Shown: in pieces, positions 28,375 to 38,142 of the stretch
How positions within the stretch are numbered: position 1 is the stretch's first letter
Layout: each line of letters opens with the position of its first letter
Source of the DNA: Clostridium sp. CAG:762
Lineage (GTDB): Bacteria > Bacillota_I > Bacilli_A > RF39 > UBA660
Direction of reading: 5' to 3'
Length of the DNA: 64,000 bases
NCBI GenBank assembly: GCA_000432575.1
Contig: HF996781.1
Coordinates: 129-64,128, forward strand
Notes under the pieces: model-generated
Database searches by the model: none
Seen by the model: the letters and a program-made list of their open reading frames with translations, nothing else
Told to the model about the DNA's origin: nothing
Translations under genes and position numbers: made by a program

Positions 28375-29436
28375 TTAAGCCTTCTTTAATGTATTTGTTT
28401 TATATGTTTCGTATTTTTCTCTTAAAACAGAATCTTCAAATTTAAGTTCATTTTTCTCTCTTATTTTGAATAATGTTTCTGTATAAAGTTTACTATTTTC
28501 TTGGATTTTTTGTTCATATAATGTATCTAAAATATCACTTTTTACATCTTCTAAAGATGGTTTTTCTTTTTGTGCAATTTTATAAACAATGTGATATCCG
28601 TAAGAAGATTCTACTGGTGTTTTAGAATAAGTATTTACTTCAAGATTTTTCATTTCGTTTAGATATGCTTTATCTAAATTAGAATTATAAGATTGAAAAC
28701 TTAATTCTTCATAAGTAATTTTATCTTTATATTCTTCTTTTACTTCATCAAAACTCTTACCAGTATTTAATTTAGCAATGATTTCTTTAGCTAAGTTAAG
28801 TGCTTCTTTTTTCTTAGTTTCTTTTTCTTCATCAGTCATTTTATCATTAGTATCAGGTTTTACTAGCATGTGTTTAGTATTAACATCACCATATACTTCT
28901 TTGTCATAATATTCTTGGATTTCTTTATCAGTAATTTCTTTTTTAATGTAATCCTCAACTGCTTCGTTTCTACGATAATCTAGTTTTAAATATTCGATAA
29001 AATCTTTATGAGATTTGAAACCATTGTTAGCAAGAAAATCTTCTTTAGAGGTTTGATAATATGTTTCATAAGTCTGATACCATCTTTCTGCAGTGGTTTC
29101 TAACTCTTTTAACATTTCATCAGTTTCTGGATATTTTTCATCTAATATTAATTTATCAATGGTATTTACTAAGATGTTTACTCCATAATAATTTTTCATA
29201 TCACTATATAAATCATCGGCTGTAATAGTATGATCTTTTAATGTTACAACTGGTTGAGTGCCATCTTTTAGGGTAGCAATTTCTTCATCTTCAGTAACTA
29301 TCATAATAAATAAACCAAGAAGTAATCCAATACCGAATCCAATTAATAGTCTTTGATTTTCATTTATCCATGCTAATGTTTTATTCCAAAAACTATTGCT
29401 TTTTTGTAAACTTTTATTGTTTTTTTTCTTTTCCAT
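28375..29436 (-). CDS. prsA: PrsA-like foldase / parvulin-type peptidyl-prolyl isomerase, membrane anchored
   Basis: N-terminal TM LLIGFGIGLLLGLFIMIV and C-terminal PpiC-type PPIase (SYGYHIVYKIAQ). RBS GAAAGGA lies before the internal ATG. Confidence 0.65.
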   Translation of the reverse strand: MEKKKNNKSLQKSNSFWNKTLAWINENQRLLIGFGIGLLLGLFIMIVTEDEEIATLKDGTQPVVTLKDHTITADDLYSDMKNYYGVNILVNTIDKLILDEKYPETDEMLKELETTAERWYQTYETYYQTSKEDFLANNGFKSHKDFIEYLKLDYRRNEAVEDYIKKEITDKEIQEYYDKEVYGDVNTKHMLVKPDTNDKMTDEEKETKKKEALNLAKEIIAKLNTGKSFDEVKEEYKDKITYEELSFQSYNSNLDKAYLNEMKNLEVNTYSKTPVESSYGYHIVYKIAQKEKPSLEDVKSDILDTLYEQKIQENSKLYTETLFKIREKNELKFEDSVLREKYETYKTNTLKKA

Positions 29437-29605
29437 AAACAACATCCTTTCTTCATACATAATATATAATAGCAAAAAACCCTAAAAATTACAATAATTA
29501 AGTTAAATATTTGACAAATAATTTGTTTAACTAGTAAAATGCACTCACATATTTTTCTTTTTACCATAAAATATTTGTGAAAAGAGAAAAAAGGAGGAAT
29601 GAAAT

Positions 29606-29686
29606 ATGGGAAATTATACTTCTAGTGCGGCAATTGTACTTGTACTATTTATCTTACTTGTAATTATACTTGGGGCTTGGCTATAA
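29606..29686 (+). CDS. YjcZ-family sporulation micro-protein (26 aa), missing from the ORF track
   Basis: MGNYTSSAAIVLVLFILLVIILGAWL. RBS AAGGAGGAAT. Resembles B. subtilis YjcZ-type small hydrophobic peptides. Confidence 0.55.
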   Translation: MGNYTSSAAIVLVLFILLVIILGAWL

Positions 29687-29717
29687 AATAAATATTTAAG
29701 ATAAGGAGGTGTTAGTA

Positions 29718-29822
29718 ATGGCTTGTAATTCATCATGTGGTAGTTCTTGTGGTAATGGTTTTTTAATTATAATTGTACTTTATATTTTACTTGCAATCAT
29801 TTTAGGTTCTTGTTTAATGTAA
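29718..29822 (+). CDS. YjcZ-family-like micro-protein (34 aa, Cys-rich N-terminus), missing from the ORF track
   Basis: MACNSSCGSSCGNGFLIIIVLYILLAIILGSCLM. RBS AAGGAGGTG. Confidence 0.5.
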   Translation: MACNSSCGSSCGNGFLIIIVLYILLAIILGSCLM

Positions 29823-29969
29823 TATAATAAAGGTTTGTGCCTTGACTATCAATTATTAAATTGGTAGTTTTTTCTTAAATATTGAACAAAGTTAAAAAAA
29901 ATAAAATAAAATGGTTTAAATTTATTATTAGTTATGCTATAATTGTTGTAGAGATAGAGGTGCATTTTT

Positions 29970-32003
29970 ATGAAATTTAGGGCGGAGCCAAAAGATGTAA
30001 TGATGTTTATTGCTTTTTGTTTCTTTCTTCTTTATATGGTTGCGATTGGTGTACTTAATGCTACTAGTCTTTTAAATACAGGAAATTTTTATGGTGTTGT
30101 GCCATTTGAAGCTTTTTCAGGTGAATATATAGCAACAACTTTGACATTCTTTTTCCTTGTGTTAATAGGTATTTTTGTTGCGGTTAGTTCATACTTTTTT
30201 GATAGAGAGAAGGGATTTGGCTTTAAGACTTCAAAAAAGGATAAAGGTTATTCTAGGTGGGCTAAAGATAAGGAAATTAAAACTGCTAAAAATATTCACG
30301 AGATAGATCCTAAGGCTTATACGGCTCCGTATGCTGGTATACCTGTAATAAATAATGGTAATAAGATGTGGGTAGATGATGGTGAGATGCACAATTTGGT
30401 TGTTGGTTCTACTGGTGCTGGTAAGACATCTTTAGTGGTTTTTCCTCAAGTGCATTCTTTGGCTAAAAAAGGTGAATCTATTATTTTAACAGATCCAAAA
30501 GGTGAATTATATGAGCAAACTGCTGAAATGTTAAAAGAGAGAGGATATAATATTATTGTTTTAAATTTTCGTAGTCCTCAAAATGGTAATGCTTGGAATC
30601 CGATGGCTTTACCATATAAGTTATATAAGGAAGGTAATACGGATAAGGCGATTGAATTATTAGATGACCTTGCTTTAAATATTTTGTATCAAGAAAAAAG
30701 TAGTGGTGATCCGTTCTGGGAGAAAACTGCAGCGGATTATTTCACAGGTCTTGCTTTAGGTTTATTTGAAGATGCTAAAGAGGAACAGGTAAATCTTAAT
30801 AGTATTAACCTTATGTCAAATGTAGGTGAAGAACGATTTGGTGGACCGAATAACAATTTTATTAAGGAGTATTTTAATTCAAAAGATCCTTCTAAACCTG
30901 CTTATATAAATGCTTCAGGAACGGTATTTACGGCTGAAGAAACTAAACAGGGTATACTTGCAACATTTAAGCAAAAGATAAAACTATTTTCTTCGCGTGA
31001 GAATTTGTCTGAAATGTTATCTTATTCTGATTTTGACATGAAGGATATTGGTAGGAAAAAAACCGCGGTATTCTTAATTGTTCAAGATGAAAAGAAAACA
31101 TTACACCCCTTAGCAACAATATTTATAAAACAATGTTATGAAACTTTAATTGATGTAGCTCAGGAATCGGGGGGGAAGTTACCTTTTAGAACAAACTTTA
31201 TTCTTGATGAGTTTGCCAATATGCCTCCTTTGAAGGATGTTACGACAATGGTAACCGCGGCAAGAAGTAGGTTAATTAGATTTACATTTATTATCCAAAA
31301 CTATGCTCAGTTAGCTCAGGTATATGGTAAAGAAAATGGAGATACAATTCGTGGTAACTGTAATATTCTATATTTAATTAGTAATGAACTTGCAGCCTTA
31401 GAAGAAATAAGTAAAATGTGTGGTGAAGTAAAATCTAAAGAAAAAGAAAAAACTTCTTCGACACCGCTTGTAACGGTAAGTGATTTACAAAGATTAAGTT
31501 ACGGGGAAGCAATATGGTTGAGACTTAGAATGATGCCTTATAAAACTAAGTTGACTGACCACTATAAAATGAGTTTTGGTAAAAAATATGAAAAAGCAGG
31601 ATATCCTATTCGTGATAAAAAGGAAGTTCAGTTGTTTGATTTGAAGCAATTTGTTAAAGATATGAAAAAGAATCAAATGCAACAAATGTTAGGTGATATA
31701 GGTGATGGTCCTGAAATTAATCCAATGCCTTTTGGTCTACCTGGTTTAGGTGGTATGAATGGTGGAGCTAATCCGTTTATGAGTTCTAATAATGAAATGC
31801 CTCAAACGTTTAATGTTGATGATTTGGTTAAAAGAATTGATGCTAAGATTGCTGAATTAGAAGAAGAGGAAAAACAAGAAAAGGCTGCTCAAGAGAAACA
31901 GGAAAAATTGGATAATAAAGAGAAAAAGAATGATAAGAAATTATATGAGGATGATACCGATGATGATAAATTCTTTGATGACTTTTTCAATGATGAAGAT
32001 TAA
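29970..32003 (+). CDS. VirD4/TraG/TraD-family type IV secretion coupling ATPase (T4CP)-like protein
   Basis: Two N-terminal TM helices. Walker A VVGSTGAGKTS. DPKGELYEQT and FILDEFANMP (Walker B). FIIQNYAQLAQVYGKENGDTIRGNCNILYL (T4CP Q-Y-G motif region). Acidic tail. Confidence 0.65.
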   Translation: MKFRAEPKDVMMFIAFCFFLLYMVAIGVLNATSLLNTGNFYGVVPFEAFSGEYIATTLTFFFLVLIGIFVAVSSYFFDREKGFGFKTSKKDKGYSRWAKDKEIKTAKNIHEIDPKAYTAPYAGIPVINNGNKMWVDDGEMHNLVVGSTGAGKTSLVVFPQVHSLAKKGESIILTDPKGELYEQTAEMLKERGYNIIVLNFRSPQNGNAWNPMALPYKLYKEGNTDKAIELLDDLALNILYQEKSSGDPFWEKTAADYFTGLALGLFEDAKEEQVNLNSINLMSNVGEERFGGPNNNFIKEYFNSKDPSKPAYINASGTVFTAEETKQGILATFKQKIKLFSSRENLSEMLSYSDFDMKDIGRKKTAVFLIVQDEKKTLHPLATIFIKQCYETLIDVAQESGGKLPFRTNFILDEFANMPPLKDVTTMVTAARSRLIRFTFIIQNYAQLAQVYGKENGDTIRGNCNILYLISNELAALEEISKMCGEVKSKEKEKTSSTPLVTVSDLQRLSYGEAIWLRLRMMPYKTKLTDHYKMSFGKKYEKAGYPIRDKKEVQLFDLKQFVKDMKKNQMQQMLGDIGDGPEINPMPFGLPGLGGMNGGANPFMSSNNEMPQTFNVDDLVKRIDAKIAELEEEEKQEKAAQEKQEKLDNKEKKNDKKLYEDDTDDDKFFDDFFNDED

Positions 32004-32005
32004 CA

Positions 32006-32040
32006 AAAGGAAAACTCAAAAAAAGTTTTCCTTTTTTTCA
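32006..32040 (+). terminator. rho-independent terminator
   Basis: AGGAAAACT-CAAAAAA-AGTTTTCCT followed by TTTTTTT. Confidence 0.65.
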
Positions 32041-32245
32041 AGAGAAGATACACATATATAATTTTATTAAATTTATAGCAAACAAAAATATAAAAAATTG
32101 ATAATGATACAATTGTATAGTTATATGGATTATTTAAAATTAATATAAAGGAGCTTATTTACAAAGTCCAAAGACATTATTTCCTGCTTGATTTCTTATT
32201 AGCACTGTGATAGTATATGAAGTATAAGAGAAATTGGGTGATTTT

Positions 32246-33328
32246 GTGAAAAACTGTTATGTTCACATTCCTTTTTGTAGTAGGATATGTTCTTATTGTG
32301 CATTTCCTAAAATGTATATGTATGAAAAATATGTAGATATATATTTAGATGCTTTAGAAAAAGAAATTAATTCTTTATATAAAGGTGAAGTTCTTGATAC
32401 ATTATATATTGGTGGTGGAACTCCAACTAGTTTAGATATTAATAGATTAACTAGATTATTACAAATACTTAAGAAATTTAAACTAAGTGATAACTATGAA
32501 TTTACTTTTGAGTGTAATATTGAGAATACTGATAAGGAAAAATTACAGTTATTAAAATATTATGGTGTAAATAGATTAAGTTTTGGTGTTCAATCTTTTA
32601 ATAAAAATATGTTAAAATTATTAAATAGAGATTATACTAAGGAAGATATATTTGATATTATAGATACAGCACATATAGTGGGTTTTAAAAATATAAATAT
32701 TGATTTAATATATGGAGTACCTAATGAAAACTTAGATATTTTAAAGAAAGATATATCATTATTTTTAAAGTTAGATATTACTCATATATCTACATATGCC
32801 TTAATGATAGAGAATAATACTGTTTTAAGTAATTTAAACTATAAGAATATAGATGAAGATTTAGAATATGAAATGTATTCTTATATTAAAGATAAATTAG
32901 TAGAAAATAATTTTAATCATTATGAAATAAGTAATTATTCTAAAGTAGGATATGAATCTAAACATAATTTAAATTATTGGAATAATAATTCTTATTATGG
33001 ATTTGGACTTGGAGCAGTTTCTTATATTGATAATTATCGTATAACTAATACAAGTAATATGAGGAATTATTTAAATAATAGATATGAGAAAGAAAGGGCT
33101 TATGAGGATAAAAAAACTCAAATAAGTAATGAAATAATTCTTGGTTTGAGAAAAACTGAAGGTATATCGTTAACACATTTTGAAAAAAAATTTAATATAA
33201 AAATAGAAGATATTTATGATATTAAGAAATTAATCTATAATCATATGTTAGAAGAAGAAAATGGTTATTTGAAGATAAATGAAAAATATTTATATATTTC
33301 TAATGAAATATTATGTGAATTTATCTAG
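32246..33328 (+). CDS. hemW: radical SAM heme chaperone HemW (coproporphyrinogen-III-oxidase-like)
   Basis: YVHIPFCSRICSYCAF is the CxxxCxxC radical-SAM motif in the typical HemW context. GTG start with RBS GGGTGA. Confidence 0.75.
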   Translation: MKNCYVHIPFCSRICSYCAFPKMYMYEKYVDIYLDALEKEINSLYKGEVLDTLYIGGGTPTSLDINRLTRLLQILKKFKLSDNYEFTFECNIENTDKEKLQLLKYYGVNRLSFGVQSFNKNMLKLLNRDYTKEDIFDIIDTAHIVGFKNINIDLIYGVPNENLDILKKDISLFLKLDITHISTYALMIENNTVLSNLNYKNIDEDLEYEMYSYIKDKLVENNFNHYEISNYSKVGYESKHNLNYWNNNSYYGFGLGAVSYIDNYRITNTSNMRNYLNNRYEKERAYEDKKTQISNEIILGLRKTEGISLTHFEKKFNIKIEDIYDIKKLIYNHMLEEENGYLKINEKYLYISNEILCEFI

Positions 33329-33364
33329 GTTTATGATATAATTACTAATGAGAGTAGGTGTTTT

Positions 33365-33871
33365 ATGTCATTAAATAATAGAGGTTTTATGATGGCTGAA
33401 TTAATGATTACATCAGTAGTAATAATGATTAGTATAGTTTCTTTATATACGGGTTTTAATAAGATATACACTAACTATAAAGTAAGGAATAGTTATGATG
33501 ATAGTAATTTATTATACGGAACTAAATTGATTAAGGATTTTTTAATAGATCAAAATAAGATTAATTTACTTATTAAGAATAATAAGGATTATATTAATAT
33601 TAGTTTATGTAATTTAAATTTTGAATGTGTTGGAGATGAATCTACTTATTATAATGATATAAAGAGAATATATGATATAAATAATATTTATTTTTTAACT
33701 TATAAAATGAATAATGTAAAGATAAATGATAATAGTTTTTTAAGTGATTATATTGATTATTTGAGAAAAGATAGTAATATGGATAAGAGTGATTATAGGA
33801 ATGGATATAGAATTATTGTAGAAACTAAGGATAATAGATATTCTACTCTTGGTCTTATATCTAATTATTAA
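33365..33871 (+). CDS. type IV pilin-like / pseudopilin (divergent prepilin N-terminus)
   Basis: NNRG|FMMAEL followed by a hydrophobic helix, with Glu at +5. Confidence 0.5.
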   Translation: MSLNNRGFMMAELMITSVVIMISIVSLYTGFNKIYTNYKVRNSYDDSNLLYGTKLIKDFLIDQNKINLLIKNNKDYINISLCNLNFECVGDESTYYNDIKRIYDINNIYFLTYKMNNVKINDNSFLSDYIDYLRKDSNMDKSDYRNGYRIIVETKDNRYSTLGLISNY

Positions 33872-33881
33872 GGGAGAGAAT

Positions 33882-34499
33882 ATGAAGTTAAATAATAAAG
33901 GTTATATGTTAGCAGAGATAATAGTATGTTCTATAATAACGTTTGCTATTGCGTTTTTTCTAGTAGATATTGCTATTAATTTTAAGAAAAAAGCAGAAAT
34001 AAGTTATCTTAATAGTAAATATATGGTAAATTATTCGTTAATTAATAAGAATATTATGGATGATGTAGAGAATTATAATTTAAAGAAGGTTGAATTTAAG
34101 AAGAATAATAATACTTATTATATAGATTTTAGTTATTTAGTTAATGAGGATATTGTATTAAAAAGATTAACTTTACAGAATGGGGATAATGTTATTAATT
34201 ATAAATATGGAGTATATGATAGTAATTATATTAAGAATGATTATTATGTGGAAAAGAAATTGGATAATATGGGTGTTACTGATATTAATTTAGTTAATAA
34301 GTGTTATGGGGATACTATAAGTAAAAATAATGTATGTATTAAAAATAATAATTATCAGGGTGTAAAATTAAAATATAATGGATTACTTAATATTTATATT
34401 AAGACTGATAATACATTTATAGATAATAAAGAAATGGTAATAGTAATACCTTATAACAATTATGAAACTGTTATTATACCTAATGAGGAGGAGTTATAA
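33882..34499 (+). CDS. type IV pilin-like / pseudopilin
   Basis: MKLNNKG|YMLAEI followed by a hydrophobic helix. RBS AAGGGAGAG. Confidence 0.5.
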   Translation: MKLNNKGYMLAEIIVCSIITFAIAFFLVDIAINFKKKAEISYLNSKYMVNYSLINKNIMDDVENYNLKKVEFKKNNNTYYIDFSYLVNEDIVLKRLTLQNGDNVINYKYGVYDSNYIKNDYYVEKKLDNMGVTDINLVNKCYGDTISKNNVCIKNNNYQGVKLKYNGLLNIYIKTDNTFIDNKEMVIVIPYNNYETVIIPNEEEL

Positions 34500-35302
34500 T
34501 GTTAGATTTTATTTTATCAAAAAAATTTTATTTACCTATTATTTATATAATAATAGGAATGATTATTTATTTAATTATTTGTAATTTAATAAATGGATTG
34601 AGTCATGTTAAGAATAAGCATGTTAATTATAAAAAACAAACTACTATTATTGGTTTATTTAAAAATGTTATTAAAGTATTAATAGTAGTAATAGTATTTA
34701 TGATGATACTTTCATTATATGGAGTAGATACTACTGCTATCGTGGCTTCTTTGGGGGTAGTTGGAGTAGTAGTAGGTCTTGCTTTTCAAGATATTTTGAA
34801 GAATTTGCTCGCGGGTATTACAATTATCTTTGATGACCATTATTCAATTGGAGATAATGTAAAAATAAATGGTTTTCAGGGAGATGTTATATCTTTAGGG
34901 CTTCAAACAACAAAGATTAAGGCTTATACTGGGGAGGTATTTATTATTGGAAATTCTAGTATTAATGAAGTGATTAATTATAGTTTAAATGCTTCAAAAT
35001 TGATAATAGATATACCTATTAGTTATGATATTGATTTAGATAAATTAGATAATGTTATGAACGAAATAAAAGGTAAAGTAAGTAAATTAGATAATGTTAT
35101 AGGTAATGTTGAATTACTTGGTATTGAAGAATTTAATGCTTCTTCTATTAAGTATCGTATGGTATTAGATTGTAAGTCAATGTGTCAATTTGGAGTAAAA
35201 AGAAATATTCTAAAAATGGTTAAGGAAGATTTTAATAATAATAAAATAGATATACCGTTTAATAAATTAGATATTTATATAAAGGAGAAGAAAAATGGAT
35301 AA
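34499..35302 (+). CDS. mscS: small-conductance mechanosensitive channel (MscS family)
   Basis: VGVVVGLAFQDILKNLLAGITIIFD..IGD.V is the MscS pore-helix/beta-domain signature. Three TM helices. Confidence 0.75.
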   Translation: MLDFILSKKFYLPIIYIIIGMIIYLIICNLINGLSHVKNKHVNYKKQTTIIGLFKNVIKVLIVVIVFMMILSLYGVDTTAIVASLGVVGVVVGLAFQDILKNLLAGITIIFDDHYSIGDNVKINGFQGDVISLGLQTTKIKAYTGEVFIIGNSSINEVINYSLNASKLIIDIPISYDIDLDKLDNVMNEIKGKVSKLDNVIGNVELLGIEEFNASSIKYRMVLDCKSMCQFGVKRNILKMVKEDFNNNKIDIPFNKLDIYIKEKKNG

Positions 35303-35879
35303 GGTAGCAATTTTTAAGAAGGAATATAGTTATATAAAAGATATAAATATTAAAAAAGATTTAAAGTATTTAGTTAGCATATTACCAGATTATTTCTTTG
35401 AAATACCAGCATCTTCAACAGGAAAGTATCATCCTTCGTTTTCTTTGGGTGATGGTGGGTTAGTAAGACATACTAAAGTAGCGGTTCGTATTGCTCATGA
35501 GTTACTTATAACGGAAACGTTTGGACAAGCATTTACTGAACATGAAAAGGATTTAATAATTATGGCTTTGGTACTACATGATGGAGTTAAATGTGGAATA
35601 CCCGAATCAAAGTTTACAAGAGCAGATCATCCTTTGTTGGTTTCAAAATTAATTATGGAAAATAAAGATAAATTAAAATTAGATATAGATGATATAAGAT
35701 TATTATGTTCACTTATTGAATCACATATGGGAGAGTGGAATAAAGATAATTATACAAAAAAAGAAATATTGCCTAAACCAGTAACTAAGTTACAAAGATT
35801 CGTGCATATGTGTGATTATTTAGCAAGTAGAAAATTTTTGGATGTTCAATTTTGTGATAATGAGATTGTTGGAGGTTAA
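35295..35879 (+). CDS. HD-domain phosphohydrolase family protein
   Basis: H..HTKVAVRIAHEL...LVLHDGVKC provides the HD motif residues. Confidence 0.6.
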   Translation: MDKVAIFKKEYSYIKDINIKKDLKYLVSILPDYFFEIPASSTGKYHPSFSLGDGGLVRHTKVAVRIAHELLITETFGQAFTEHEKDLIIMALVLHDGVKCGIPESKFTRADHPLLVSKLIMENKDKLKLDIDDIRLLCSLIESHMGEWNKDNYTKKEILPKPVTKLQRFVHMCDYLASRKFLDVQFCDNEIVGG

Positions 35880-35880
35880 T

Positions 35881-36264
35881 ATGAAGTTAAATAATAAGGG
35901 GTTTACTTTAATAGAATTACTTGGAGTTATTGTAATTTTAATGGCTATATTATATTTAGCAATACCTTCTTTAACATCTTCGGTAGAAAGAAGTAAAAGT
36001 AAGCAATTAGAAAAAAAGAAGGAATTGATTATTTCTGCAGGGGAACTTTATATAAGTGATATTAAAACAACAAAGAGAAAATGTAGGATAACGCTTAATA
36101 CATTAAAAAATGAAGATTATCTCAGTAGTATAACTATTCTTAATCCTTTTAATGATAAGGAAGAAATAAAAGGAGAGGTTATTTATAATAAAGATAGTGC
36201 TGATATATATACTTTTTGTATGGATAATGAATGTGATAATTATAAAGATATAGAGGAATGTTAG
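35881..36264 (+). CDS. type IV pilin / ComGC-like prepilin
   Basis: MKLNNKG|FTLIELLGVIVIL is the canonical class III signal peptide with E+5. RBS GGAGGT. Confidence 0.7.
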   Translation: MKLNNKGFTLIELLGVIVILMAILYLAIPSLTSSVERSKSKQLEKKKELIISAGELYISDIKTTKRKCRITLNTLKNEDYLSSITILNPFNDKEEIKGEVIYNKDSADIYTFCMDNECDNYKDIEEC

Positions 36265-36576
36265 TAATTTATATCTTTTTTTCTAGCATTTATACTTGTT
36301 CCTGAATAAATATAATGATGCTAATATAAGGACAAGTAAGGAAATAAATGATATAGAAACAAAATATTATTTAGAAGGCAAGAAAATTATATTTGAAAAA
36401 ACAAATAATAATGTGCTATACTATATGTATAATTAAGTTGATGATTTAGTTGTTTTCAATTATAACTAATAAACATATTACTATGATAAAGAGATTATTT
36501 ATATAACTTAAATAGTAGGTATTATAACTCCTTATAAATGGGATGTTAGTTATACTATGGAAGGTTGGGAAGAATA

Positions 36577-37077
36577 ATGCTAGAAAAGATAAAACAAATA
36601 ATTAGAATGCCTATAGTAAAAGCAGTTATTGTGGCATTAATAATATTTATCGTGATAAATATTATATTTGTATTTGAATCAATATATCCAATTTATACTT
36701 TTTATAAAATGAAATATGGTATTAATATGCCAGAGCCTAAAGAAATAGAAAGAATTTACACAAGTGGTAGTGATTATAAAGTAGTAGAATATTTTAAGTT
36801 ATATTATAGTGATTATGAATATGAAAGAATGATAAATAAAAGAATTTTTCAAGAAATGGATAAAAAAATAGTTAATAATATTTTAAAAGAAAGTTTAATG
36901 ATGTTTCCTAAATATGTTTTAAGTGAGAATGAAAATGTTATAAATGATAGTAATTATTATAGTTATCATGACCACACGAGTTTATTTTTTGAAGATGCTG
37001 GTGGTGCTAATGATGTAAATCTTATGATATATGATTCTAAAAATAAAGTAATTCATGTATTACATTATAGTAATTAA
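36577..37077 (+). CDS. hypothetical membrane-anchored protein
   Basis: ORF with an N-terminal TM helix. TTG at 36565 is an alternative start. Confidence 0.45.
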   Translation: MLEKIKQIIRMPIVKAVIVALIIFIVINIIFVFESIYPIYTFYKMKYGINMPEPKEIERIYTSGSDYKVVEYFKLYYSDYEYERMINKRIFQEMDKKIVNNILKESLMMFPKYVLSENENVINDSNYYSYHDHTSLFFEDAGGANDVNLMIYDSKNKVIHVLHYSN

Positions 37078-37094
37078 TATAGGAGATAATAATT

Positions 37095-37796
37095 GTGAAT
37101 GAGAAAAAAGAGGAAATAAAGAAAAATTTAATATTTGTTTTGTTATGTATTACTTTTGTTTTATCATGCATTTTGAGTGATATTATTAATTTTTATATAG
37201 GTAGTTCTTTAATATTTTATTTATTTAATATATTGCCTATTTTATCTATTATATGGGGGATGAAGAATAAATCTAAATTTATTATAGTATTAAGTATTAT
37301 ATTCTTGTTATTAAGTATTTGGCAAATATTTCTTTTACGTGGTTTTGGTTATTCAATTAATAAGAATAAGGTAGATAATTATATGATAACAGATATGATA
37401 AGTAAAGATATAGATTTTATACTTCCAAAAAAAGGTACAGTTATAGAAATTTATGATATTCTTTCTTGTAATAATAAAAATATAATAAAATTATATAATG
37501 ATACAAGTGATGAAAATGCATTGATATTAGATAGAAAAGATGCTAGACAGTTTGTAAATACGATTAAAAAAAGTGATAAATGGGTAAGTAAATTAGATAA
37601 AACTAATAAATCCTTAGTTGAGGGTATAGTGAATAAAAAAAATAATAAAAATATATATCATTTGATATATATTAAAGAAACGAATAGTTTTAATAAAATG
37701 CCATATGAAAAAGGGGAATATAATGTATATTATTTAAGATATGAAGTAAAAAGTAGAATGTTAAGAATATATAAATATCGTTATTATGTAAGTTAA
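37095..37796 (+). CDS. hypothetical integral membrane protein
   Basis: GTG start with RBS AGGAGA. Three TM helices. Confidence 0.45.
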   Translation: MNEKKEEIKKNLIFVLLCITFVLSCILSDIINFYIGSSLIFYLFNILPILSIIWGMKNKSKFIIVLSIIFLLLSIWQIFLLRGFGYSINKNKVDNYMITDMISKDIDFILPKKGTVIEIYDILSCNNKNIIKLYNDTSDENALILDRKDARQFVNTIKKSDKWVSKLDKTNKSLVEGIVNKKNNKNIYHLIYIKETNSFNKMPYEKGEYNVYYLRYEVKSRMLRIYKYRYYVS

Positions 37797-37886
37797 TTAA
37801 AAGATAAAAAGATAAGAATATATATAAATTACTAAATGATTTATAATATATATCTTTTTTTTTTAAATAAGCATAATATTAGATAG

Positions 37887-38135
37887 GTGATAGTTATGAA
37901 TATCATTAATAAGATATCTAATTATATTAGGGAAGATAATTTTCAATTAATATATTTAAAGAATATGGTTAATGTTATTAACTATGAAGAGATAAGAGAA
38001 TTTACTGATACTTTAATAGTTATTAAAGATAAAAATAATTTGTATAAAATAACAGGTAAGAATTTAGTAGTAAGTAAAATGCAAGATAATGAAATCTTAA
38101 TTACAGGAGTTATTAATAATATAGAATTTAGGTGA
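37887..38135 (+). CDS. yqfC: sporulation protein YqfC (YabP/YqfC family)
   Basis: 82 aa with Y.EEIR..T...IVIKDKN.LYKITGKNLVV.KMQDNEILITGVINNIEF. Fits the YqfC pattern and lies upstream of a YqfD-like gene. Confidence 0.6.
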   Translation: MIVMNIINKISNYIREDNFQLIYLKNMVNVINYEEIREFTDTLIVIKDKNNLYKITGKNLVVSKMQDNEILITGVINNIEFR

Positions 38136-38142
38136 TTTATTT

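Noticed and set aside
37855-37864. T10 homopolymer upstream of yqfC as a phase-variation site
   Set aside because: It is intergenic, far from the -10/-35 spacing of any obvious promoter. It is more likely a terminator U-tract or a simple AT-rich run.
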